Positions 56,271 to 64,000 of a DNA stretch of 64,000 nt are shown piece after piece. The DNA is from Anaerolentibacter hominis. Lineage in GTDB: Bacteria > Bacillota > Clostridia > Lachnospirales > Lachnospiraceae. The stretch lies in the NCBI RefSeq assembly GCF_032380675.1, contig NZ_JAWDIX010000004.1, positions 95,560-159,559 of the forward strand. Reading direction: 5' to 3'. Each line of letters opens with the position of its first letter. Positions within the stretch are counted from its first letter, which is position 1. Position numbers and translations under genes: made by a program. The notes under the pieces were generated by a model. It searched no databases, was not told the DNA's origin, and was given only the letters and a program-made list of their open reading frames with translations.

Positions 56271-56825
56271 TTGATGGAATTGTTTGACCTGCTGGATGAG
56301 CGTGGCGCTAAGACAGGATATAAAAAGGAGCGGGAAGCGGTGCACCGGGACGGAGACCGGCATGGTACGGTACATATCTGGTTAACCCGGAGAAATCAGG
56401 ATACAGGAAGGCATGAACTTCTGCTGCAGAAACGAAGCAGTGAGAAAGATGCATTCCCAGGATGTTATGATATTTCATCTGCCGGTCATATCCAGGCGGG
56501 AGACGAACCGCTGCCGTCAGCCCTGAGAGAGCTTGAGGAAGAGCTGGGAATTGTAGCTTCGCCGGAAGAACTGCGGCTGGTATTCGTATATGAGGACTAT
56601 ATCAATACTTTTTTTCATGGAAAGCCGTTCGTAAATCTGGAATGGTCCTACGTTTATCTGTTGGAACTGGATGTGAATCCAGCGGAATTAAAGCTTCAGG
56701 AAGAAGAGGTTTCCGCAGTGAAATGGATGGCCTGCACCGAACTGGAGCGGGAGATTAAGACGGGAAATCCGGACTATTGTGTTTCTGAAGAAGAATTTTT
56801 CCGCCTGATGGAATATTTGAAATAA
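56271..56825 (+). CDS. NUDIX hydrolase
   Basis: Nudix box GHIQAGDEPLPSALRELEEELGI. Confidence 0.85.
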   Translation: MMELFDLLDERGAKTGYKKEREAVHRDGDRHGTVHIWLTRRNQDTGRHELLLQKRSSEKDAFPGCYDISSAGHIQAGDEPLPSALRELEEELGIVASPEELRLVFVYEDYINTFFHGKPFVNLEWSYVYLLELDVNPAELKLQEEEVSAVKWMACTELEREIKTGNPDYCVSEEEFFRLMEYLK

Positions 56826-56842
56826 CTATATGCTTATAGCTG

Positions 56843-56883
56843 GAACCTTTACGGAGCGTGATGCTCGGAAGGTTCTTTTTTTT
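56843..56883 (+). terminator. rho-independent terminator
   Basis: GGAACCTT...AAGGTTC followed by TTTTTTTT. Confidence 0.7.
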
Positions 56884-57004
56884 ATTTATGCAAACGTTAA
56901 AAAAGTGAGCCTTTTTGAAGATAAGTGACGTCTTAATTTATAAAGAGAGAATTGTAAATGGTTATATGACGGATTGCGTCGTTCTTCTAAGAGGAGGAAT
57001 TGCT

Positions 57005-59467
57005 GTGAGAAAATTTATGAAAGGATTATCCCTGTTTCTTGTCCTGTTTCTGGTCAGCGGGGCCGTGTTGCCGCCGGTTTCTGCGAAGGCAGATGAACTG
57101 GAGCCGGAACCTGGTCCTGAGGTTACCTATACGGTTACCTATAAGCAGGGGACTGCGGCAGATGGAGAGGCGCCTGTTGATGAAACCCTGTATACAGAGG
57201 GCGAATCGGCAGTGATACAGGATAATATAGGAGGCCTGGTCCACAATAAGGGGAATGATAAGTTTTCGTTTGCCGGCTGGACCGCATCACCTGGCAGTCA
57301 GGATGTGGAATACGTTCCGGGGGAATCGTATGAAATGTACGGGAATCTGACATTATACCCGGTATTTATAAAAGACAATGACGAAGGCGGGACGGACCCT
57401 GTTTATTATACGGTCCGGTTTGCGGCAGGTGCGGGCGGATCGGTGGAAGAATTATCCTATCAGGCAGAGCCGGGCTCTGTGCTGAGTGAAGCGGTGACTT
57501 CAGTGCCGGTGCCCAGCCCTGATGAGTTTTTTGGATTTTCCGGCTGGTATCTGGAAGGCAGCAGGATCGCAGGCAGCAATGATGAGCTTCTGGCAGTACT
57601 TCGTGAAATGACGGCTGACCAGGACTATACCTTCACGGCTGTATTTGAGATTATCAGCAATAAGCCTACCCATCAGCTGACCATACGATATGAATTCTGC
57701 CCGGAATGCAGAGGGGATGAAACTCTCCTTCCAATCGAACATATTTCCTATGAAAAAGAAGGTTCGAGGTATTTTGTGTCAGTTCAGTCCATTGACGGAT
57801 ATATCAGTGATCCGGAAAATATGGTCATTGGAGAGATGGGAACGGAAGATGTAGTCAGAACGGTGGTTTATCATAAGGATGCCGACGGCAACAATGAGGC
57901 GGACTGTAAAAAAGAAGAGGCTTATTATACTGTCGAATACATTCTGGACCCGGAGCTGGCGGATGAGTATGTCCTGACCAAGGGCAGTGAAGGTACCAGA
58001 TATGCGGAGCAGAAAAAGGTCGGAGACAGAATGACGGCTTTTGGAGTCTGGCTTTTTGACAAAGAGACGAAAAAGATCCCGACCTACGCCGTCTCTATGA
58101 CTCTGTTGGAAACGGTAAGCGGGACGAAGAGCGGCAGCCCGATTACGTTTGACGCGGGCCAGGTACTGTCCGTAAATGCATCAAATGCCCAGGAGGACGC
58201 CATGGTCGATTATACTACCGGCTTTGGCCACACTCTGTTTGAAGAGGGAACTACCGTCCGAATCATGGTAACCGCGCTTCATACAAATGCTTATAAGGTG
58301 GAATATGTGCTGGATGAAGAGCTGAGGGACCGCTATGTTCTCTCTGCCGGAACAGATGGAATAACCTGCACACAGAAAAAGAAAACCTCTGATAGAATCA
58401 CTTCATTCAATGTATTTCTGAGGGATAAGGAAACAGATAAGAATTTCTTTGCCGTATCCATGGAGCTGCAAAATGATGTGGCAGGAACGAAGGACGGGAA
58501 AGAGTATCACTATGAAAAAGGCACGATTGTATCGGTTAACGCAGATAACGAACGCGGTGATGCAAAAGTAAACTATGATATTAATTTTGGCCATGTATAT
58601 TTTAAAGAGGGAACTGTAATTCAGATATTGGTCAAAGCAGTTTCCCATACGGTGAAGTTTTATGACGGAGAGACGGTTCTGAAGTCTCAGAATGTACTCC
58701 ACGGCGGTACTGCTGCTGCACCGGATGCACCGGAGAAAGAGGGAAAGAAATTTAAAGACTGGGATTCCAGAGATTATGAAAAGGTCTTAAAGGACACGGA
58801 TATTCATGCGGTTTATGAAGATAAGGAAGACGATTCCGGTTCCGCAGGCCCGGTTCCTGTCGTCCCCGGACCAGATACGTCGAATACGCCGGACACACCA
58901 AATACACCAAACATCCCGAATGTGCCGGATACACCGGACACAAGTCCAACAGATCCGCAACAGCCAGGGCAGGAGCCATCCGGCGGAGAGCCGTCTGATA
59001 CACCGTCAAACGAGGAGAATCCAGTCAGTATTGATACTCCTGCAACCGATATAATCGAAGGCGCGGATCAGCCTGTTAATCAGCCGGCAGTGACTCGTCC
59101 CGTTGGTGTGGCAGGTGTGACGGTTACCAATCAGACACCGGCTTTGCCGGAAACAGTGACAATTCCGGATAACGAAGTGCCCCTTGGCAATTCTCCGGCA
59201 GCCGATGAACTTCAGGTCGCCGGCCAGTCCAATAACACTGGCTATGATCTGAATGTAAATAATCTGGAGAAACTGGAGGATGGACCGATACCGCTCGGAG
59301 CGGGCCCGGAGGGAATGGAAGAGAGCCAACCTGCCTGCATCCTGCATTTTATACTGATTCTGGCCGCTTTTCTGGTGCTTGGTGCAAATTCATTGAATCT
59401 GCACATCAGGGAAAAAAAGATAAAGAAGCTGGAAGAACTGCTGAAAGCAATGGAATATAACAGATAG
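57005..59467 (+). CDS. large cell-surface protein with Flg_new (Listeria-Bacteroides) repeats, PT-rich linker and C-terminal TM anchor
   Basis: GTG 57005 with GAGGAGGA SD gives signal peptide MRKFMKGLSLFLVLFLVSGAVLPPVSAKA; F-GW...PG repeat signatures; two about 130-aa internal repeats; PDTPNTPN linker; C-terminal hydrophobic helix plus KK-rich tail; no LPXTG. Confidence 0.75.
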   Translation: MRKFMKGLSLFLVLFLVSGAVLPPVSAKADELEPEPGPEVTYTVTYKQGTAADGEAPVDETLYTEGESAVIQDNIGGLVHNKGNDKFSFAGWTASPGSQDVEYVPGESYEMYGNLTLYPVFIKDNDEGGTDPVYYTVRFAAGAGGSVEELSYQAEPGSVLSEAVTSVPVPSPDEFFGFSGWYLEGSRIAGSNDELLAVLREMTADQDYTFTAVFEIISNKPTHQLTIRYEFCPECRGDETLLPIEHISYEKEGSRYFVSVQSIDGYISDPENMVIGEMGTEDVVRTVVYHKDADGNNEADCKKEEAYYTVEYILDPELADEYVLTKGSEGTRYAEQKKVGDRMTAFGVWLFDKETKKIPTYAVSMTLLETVSGTKSGSPITFDAGQVLSVNASNAQEDAMVDYTTGFGHTLFEEGTTVRIMVTALHTNAYKVEYVLDEELRDRYVLSAGTDGITCTQKKKTSDRITSFNVFLRDKETDKNFFAVSMELQNDVAGTKDGKEYHYEKGTIVSVNADNERGDAKVNYDINFGHVYFKEGTVIQILVKAVSHTVKFYDGETVLKSQNVLHGGTAAAPDAPEKEGKKFKDWDSRDYEKVLKDTDIHAVYEDKEDDSGSAGPVPVVPGPDTSNTPDTPNTPNIPNVPDTPDTSPTDPQQPGQEPSGGEPSDTPSNEENPVSIDTPATDIIEGADQPVNQPAVTRPVGVAGVTVTNQTPALPETVTIPDNEVPLGNSPAADELQVAGQSNNTGYDLNVNNLEKLEDGPIPLGAGPEGMEESQPACILHFILILAAFLVLGANSLNLHIREKKIKKLEELLKAMEYNR

Positions 59468-59479
59468 GAGGATGGACAT

Positions 59480-59659
59480 ATGTTGAATATAGTATCACTT
59501 GGTTTTTGTATGTGGGATATTCCGGCTCTCGTTGTTTTATTGCTGGCAATCACCGTATTTATCGTATACAATCGCCAGATGAAAAAGAAAGAACAGGAAC
59601 TCAGCGAATTACTCGCGCAAAACATGGCGGATCAGGCGGTGGATGAAAGCTATAAGTAG
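59480..59659 (+). CDS. 59-aa single-TM small membrane protein, hypothetical
   Basis: not in ORF track; ATG preceded by TAGGAGGA SD; hydrophobic helix IPALVVLLLAITVFIVY followed by charged tail. Confidence 0.45.
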   Translation: MLNIVSLGFCMWDIPALVVLLLAITVFIVYNRQMKKKEQELSELLAQNMADQAVDESYK

Positions 59660-59702
59660 ATATATTTAAGCTGCAGTTAAAAACCTGATAGAAAATAAGC
59701 GA

Positions 59703-59745
59703 AAGGCCGGGGACAGATTACGGATTACTGCCCCGGCCTTTTTGT
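59703..59745 (+). terminator. rho-independent terminator
   Basis: AAAGGCCGGGGACAG...CTGCCCCGGCCTTTTT. Confidence 0.8.
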
Positions 59746-59924
59746 TTTAGATAAAGATCTGCGGATTAACTTGTCAACTAATGGTAAAATATTATAAGAT
59801 AGAGCTATGGTTGGCTGCATAAATGGAAAAACTACAGGAATTCCTTAGCAGCGGGAGGATAAGCGGAAGTAGTATAAAAAATAAAACGGATCGAAAGAAC
59901 GTTGCAGAGAAAGGAATGTAGGAA

Positions 59925-60869
59925 ATGATTAAAATTTTATTGGATGCGGATACTGGAGTGGACGATTCGATTGCATTATTGTATGCGCTGAAAAATCCTG
60001 ACGTTCAGCTGGTGGGAGTGACAACCGTACTGGGCAATACCGACCCGGTGCAGGCTGCGAAAAACAGTCTGGCGCTGATAGCTCTTGCGAAGCCGGATTA
60101 TGAGGTGCCGGTGGCAATCGGCGCAGGGCAGACGCTAAAAGGTGTTGTAACAAAGTCAGATACCCACGTACACGGCAAAAATGGCATCGGAGATGCGGAG
60201 CTGCCCCCGGCTGAGCAGAAACCGATTGAGCGGGGTGGTGTGGACTTCATGATCGAACAGGCCAGAAAGTATGCCGGAGAGCTGGTGATTGTCGCAACAG
60301 GCCGCCTTACTAATCTGGCACTGGCGATTCAGAAGGATGCGTCCTTTGTTAAAAATGTGAAGAAAGCAGTGATTATGGGAGGAACTGTATTTGCTCCGGG
60401 TAATGTAAGCCCGGTAGCGGAAGCCAATATATACGGTGATCCGGAAGCTGCTGATCTGGTTCTCACATCCGGTATGGATGTGACAATCGTGGGATTAGAT
60501 GTCACGAAGAAGACAATACTTACTTATGATGATGTACTTAAACTGGAGAGGCACTGCCGGGAAGAAAATCAGCCCATTGTCCGGTATTTAAAAGACTGCC
60601 TGGGTTTTTATATGAGTTTTTATACAGATACTGTAAATACCCTGGAGAGCTGCCCCATGCATGACCCGCTGGCTATGCTGGTTGCGGTGAACCCTGCGCT
60701 TGTGACGACACGGAAGTGGAAGGCAAGAGTGGAGTGTACGGACGGCCTGTGCAGAGGCATGATTGTCACTGACCGGAGGGAGCATACCTTTAAGGCGGAG
60801 TTTGTGGAATTCTGCATAGAAGTGGATGGGGATAAAGCAGTGGCCGAACTGCTGGCCGCATTTCTTTAA
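59925..60869 (+). CDS. nucleoside hydrolase (IUNH family)
   Basis: N-terminal Ca-binding DTGVDD motif (LLDADTGVDDSIAL), 314 aa. Confidence 0.85.
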   Translation: MIKILLDADTGVDDSIALLYALKNPDVQLVGVTTVLGNTDPVQAAKNSLALIALAKPDYEVPVAIGAGQTLKGVVTKSDTHVHGKNGIGDAELPPAEQKPIERGGVDFMIEQARKYAGELVIVATGRLTNLALAIQKDASFVKNVKKAVIMGGTVFAPGNVSPVAEANIYGDPEAADLVLTSGMDVTIVGLDVTKKTILTYDDVLKLERHCREENQPIVRYLKDCLGFYMSFYTDTVNTLESCPMHDPLAMLVAVNPALVTTRKWKARVECTDGLCRGMIVTDRREHTFKAEFVEFCIEVDGDKAVAELLAAFL

Positions 60870-60937
60870 TACCGGAATACAAGCCGGGAGTGGCAGAATC
60901 GAACTGCCCGTACAATGATGGAGAAAGGATCAAAGAT

Positions 60938-61600
60938 ATGAACATATATCTGGTGCGGCATGGCAGACAGTCATCGACATTATGCAATGTGGATGTTTCT
61001 CTTTCCGCTGAGGGAAGGGAGCAGGCCAAACTGGCTGGGAGAAGGCTGGCCGCTTACGATATCGACTGCATTTATACAAGCGATATGCTGCGGGCCGTGG
61101 AGACTGCCGAGCTGATAAAAGGAGAACTGGAGGCCGTTTACGGCAGGAACCTTCCTTTTGAAATTCGTCATGATATAAGAGAATACTACTGCGGCGATAT
61201 GGAAGGGCTGACGATCGAAGAACAGCAGGAGAAGTACGGCGGCTTTCTGGAAGAGAGAGAACTGTTCCGGGATGTCCCCTATCCGGGAGGCGAAAGCGGA
61301 CAGGATGTATTTGACCGTTTCTATCCGGTGCTGCTGGAGATCGCCCGAAGCGGCTTTCAAAATGTAGCTGTGGCTACCCATGGCGGTGCTATCCGGGCGG
61401 TATTGGCCGGGATTTTTTTCGGAGACGAAGACCGCAAGCTGTTATTCTGCAGGAATATGGAGAATACTGGAATTACAGAACTGCGCTACAATGAAGAGAA
61501 TCAGGTATTTTATCTGGAACGGCTGAACGACTATGCACATCTGGAACGCAGGCCGGAGCTGCTTCGAAGAAGCTGGAGAAAGGATCTGAAAGAGACCTGA
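60938..61600 (+). CDS. histidine phosphatase family protein (phosphoglycerate-mutase-like)
   Basis: RHG catalytic motif LVRHGRQ near N-terminus; start MNIYLVRHG at ATG 60938 with GGAGAAAGGA SD. Confidence 0.75.
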   Translation: MNIYLVRHGRQSSTLCNVDVSLSAEGREQAKLAGRRLAAYDIDCIYTSDMLRAVETAELIKGELEAVYGRNLPFEIRHDIREYYCGDMEGLTIEEQQEKYGGFLEERELFRDVPYPGGESGQDVFDRFYPVLLEIARSGFQNVAVATHGGAIRAVLAGIFFGDEDRKLLFCRNMENTGITELRYNEENQVFYLERLNDYAHLERRPELLRRSWRKDLKET

Positions 61601-61616
61601 GCAAATGGAGATTACT

Positions 61617-62201
61617 ATGAGACGGATTATACTGGCGTCAGCTTCCCCCAGAAGAAGAGAGATCTTGGAGCGGATGGGGATTGCATTTGAGATAATGCCC
61701 AGCACGCGGGAGGAAGTAATAACAGAAAAAGAGCCCTGCGAGGCAGTGAGACGGCTGGCTTTGCAGAAGGCGGAAGATATTGCAGAGAAAACATCCGGGG
61801 ATGTGATTGTGCTGGGAGCCGATACGGTCGTGGCTCTGGACGGAAAAATACTTGGAAAACCGGTGGATCAGGAAGATGCAGTCAGGATGTTAGAAAGTCT
61901 GCAGGGAAGGGAACACCAGGTCTACACCGGAGTTGCCGTCGTACTGCGAAGAGCAGGCGAGGAACAGATTATAAGCTTCTATGAGGCATCCAGGGTGAAG
62001 GTCGGGCCGGTGAGTGAGAGTCAGATCAGAGCGTATGTGGAAACAGGGGAGCCTATGGATAAGGCAGGGGCGTATGCCATTCAGGGCCGTTTCGGCATAT
62101 TCGTGGACGAGATAGAGGGGGACTATTACAATGTGGTAGGGCTTCCGGTTTCAAAAATATATCGGAAACTTTTGGAATATGATGTGGATTTACTGAAATA
62201 A
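61617..62201 (+). CDS. maf: Maf-family nucleoside triphosphate pyrophosphatase
   Basis: ILASASPRRREIL N-terminal motif; about 194 aa. Confidence 0.85.
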   Translation: MRRIILASASPRRREILERMGIAFEIMPSTREEVITEKEPCEAVRRLALQKAEDIAEKTSGDVIVLGADTVVALDGKILGKPVDQEDAVRMLESLQGREHQVYTGVAVVLRRAGEEQIISFYEASRVKVGPVSESQIRAYVETGEPMDKAGAYAIQGRFGIFVDEIEGDYYNVVGLPVSKIYRKLLEYDVDLLK

Positions 62202-62222
62202 TAAGAAGGGAGTCAATGCATA

Positions 62223-63107
62223 ATGAAAATTTTAAATCTGGGATCTGTCAACTTTGATAATGTATATTCTGTTGACCATATGGTACAGCCGGGGGAGACA
62301 CTTTCCTCCCTGCAGGTGGAAGTATTTCCTGGCGGCAAGGGACTGAACCAGTCGATTTCACTGGCCAGGGCCGGAGCGGAGGTTTATCATGCCTGCATTA
62401 TGGGCGAGGACGGCGGTCCGCTGTTAAGCGTATTTACGGAAAATGGCGTGGATACCAGCCTGATTCAGACGGCAGCGGTTCGGCAGGGACATTCTGTTAT
62501 TCAGGTGGATAAAAACGGGCAGAACTGTATTATACTGTTCGGCGGCAGCAATACAAGCCTGACCAAAGACTATATTGACCAGGTGATTGGACGGTTTGAG
62601 GAGGGAGACCTGATTCTTCTGCAGAATGAGGTGAACCTGATGGATTACATTATTGACAGGGCCTATGAAAAAGGACTTGTGATTGCCTTAAATCCTTCGC
62701 CCTATAACAGTGCTATGGAGGCCTGTGATCTGTCTAAGGTGACCTATTTCCTTATGAATGAGATCGAAGGCGGACAGATAACCGGCAAAACAGAGCCGGC
62801 GGAAATTCTGGATGCAGTTCTGGCGATGTACCCGGCGGCACGCATTGTGTTAACACTGGGCAAGGACGGCGTGGTTTATAAGGATAAAGACGGATATTAT
62901 GAACAGAGCAGTTTCCTCGTTAAGGCAGTGGATACCACCGCGGCAGGCGATACCTTTACCGGTTATTTTCTGGGAGCCGTCTTAAAGGGTGAGGATGTGC
63001 CTACCGCTCTGAGAAGAAGCTGTAAGGCCTCCGCAATCGCAGTTACCAGGGAAGGGGCGGCAAGTTCGATTCCCACCTTTGAAGAGGTTGAGAAGGCCGA
63101 GTTTTAA
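62223..63107 (+). CDS. rbsK: ribokinase (PfkB family)
   Basis: GGKGLNQS and DTTAAGDTFTG motifs. Confidence 0.8.
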   Translation: MKILNLGSVNFDNVYSVDHMVQPGETLSSLQVEVFPGGKGLNQSISLARAGAEVYHACIMGEDGGPLLSVFTENGVDTSLIQTAAVRQGHSVIQVDKNGQNCIILFGGSNTSLTKDYIDQVIGRFEEGDLILLQNEVNLMDYIIDRAYEKGLVIALNPSPYNSAMEACDLSKVTYFLMNEIEGGQITGKTEPAEILDAVLAMYPAARIVLTLGKDGVVYKDKDGYYEQSSFLVKAVDTTAAGDTFTGYFLGAVLKGEDVPTALRRSCKASAIAVTREGAASSIPTFEEVEKAEF

Positions 63108-63393
63108 ATATTCGTCCTGATATAGGAAACGGCATTCCCTATATCATAAAGATGCTTCGCCGGATGTACCCTTTGTATGCAGAAGGCACAAGGCGGTATT
63201 TTACCGGGGAAATACCTTGAAATTTTTCCCAAACTATAATATAATCAATGGACTGGATAGCTCAAAATGGCGGACTTTGTCTGAAATATGCCGGTATATT
63301 GGAAAACTGCCGGATAAAGTACTGTGATACCGATAAAGATATATTGAAGGAGAGTATAGGGCAGACATGAACAGAAGGAAAGGAGAAACTACT

Positions 63394-64000
63394 ATGTCAG
63401 GTAGTGATATTGGAATTGATTTGGGGACAGCCAACATCCTGGTGTATGTAAGGGGCAAAGGTGTAATTTTAAAAGAGCCCTCTGTCGTTGCAATTGACAG
63501 AGATACGAATAAAATTAAGGAAATAGGAGAAGAGGCCAGGCTGATGCTGGGCAGGACTCCGGGCAATATTGTGGCAGTCCGTCCGCTGAGACAGGGCGTT
63601 ATTTCCGATTACACCGTTACAGAGAAGATGTTGAAATATTTTATACAGAAGGCTGTTGGAAAGAAAACATTCCGGAAACCCCGAGTTGCTGTTTGTGTCC
63701 CCAGCGGAGTAACTGAGGTAGAGAAAAAAGCAGTTGAGGATGCGACTTATCAGGCAGGCGCCAGAGAGGTTGCTATTATAGAGGAGCCCATTGCTGCGGC
63801 GATCGGAGCGGGTATTGATATTTCCAGACCCTGCGGCAATATGATCGTAGACATCGGAGGCGGTACTTCTGATATTGCCGTAATCTCTCTGGGAGGGACG
63901 GTTGTCAGCACTTCCGTTAAGGTCGCAGGAGATGATTTTGACGAGGCGATCGTACGCTATATGCGGAAGAAACACAGTCTTTTAATCGGCGAGAGAACCG
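63394..64000 (+). CDS. mreB: rod-shape-determining protein MreB (3'-truncated by window end)
   Basis: actin-fold N-terminus DIGIDLGTANILVY, phosphate-2 motif MIVDIGGGTSDIAV; ORF runs off the window; ATG 63394 with AAGGAAAGGAG SD. Confidence 0.85.
   Translation, partial: MSGSDIGIDLGTANILVYVRGKGVILKEPSVVAIDRDTNKIKEIGEEARLMLGRTPGNIVAVRPLRQGVISDYTVTEKMLKYFIQKAVGKKTFRKPRVAVCVPSGVTEVEKKAVEDATYQAGAREVAIIEEPIAAAIGAGIDISRPCGNMIVDIGGGTSDIAVISLGGTVVSTSVKVAGDDFDEAIVRYMRKKHSLLIGERT

Noticed and set aside
1-64000. Mobile elements or prophage
   Set aside because: No integrase, transposase, recombinase, phage structural genes or terminal inverted repeats of IS type detected. The solitary mazF is chromosomal-type and sits next to alr.

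Overview
The window is a chromosomal segment of about 48% GC, densely packed with housekeeping genes. The gene content and strong AGGAGG-type ribosome-binding sites (RBS) point to a Firmicute of the Clostridia/Lachnospiraceae type. There are no integrases, transposases, CRISPR arrays or rRNA/tRNA genes.

Main coding content, in order:
- Translation and cell envelope: metG-tatD-rsmA-tadA, a long-form SRP RNA (ffs), aroK-murA.
- Copper and methionine: a copper operon copA-csoR-copZ with a CsoR operator, then metK.
- Signalling and transport: a two-component system behind a highly structured leader, an RluA-family pseudouridine synthase, a NitT/TauT-type ABC transporter, a BlaI/BlaR1-like pair, aroC, and a MATE exporter.
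- Membrane and metabolism: an NfeD-flotillin pair, guaB, a subtilisin-like S8 protease, apbE, a GntR regulator with an HMGL-like synthase divergent from carbamate kinase, an ABC-F ATPase, and rex-acpS-nnr-alr.
- Late window: a CNNM/CorC protein, two tandem adenine deaminase paralogs, rlmH, HAD/HD/NUDIX hydrolases, a large Flg_new-repeat surface protein, a nucleoside hydrolase, maf, ribokinase and a partial mreB.

Observations most worth follow-up:
1. A roughly 650-nt purine-rich, ORF-free transcript unit downstream of ffs, with a perfect consensus promoter and a strong terminator. It is a candidate large ncRNA.
2. A 70-aa Cys/Gly-rich tandem-repeat micro-protein with a near-perfect RBS. It sits next to a MATE exporter and is convergent with a 58-aa CxxC micro-ORF.
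3. A leader upstream of the two-component system containing a perfect 24-bp hairpin and a tandem 54-nt module, either copy of which can pair with the same upstream strand.
4. A MazF/EndoA toxin gene directly after alr without the expected mazE/ndoAI antitoxin.
5. A repeat-rich intergenic island at 48.3-48.9 kb that includes a duplicated copy of the corC 3' end.
6. A compact nested-helix element at 54.27-54.40 kb upstream of rlmH.

All non-ORF coordinates were counted by hand from the sequence and are approximate to within a few nucleotides.
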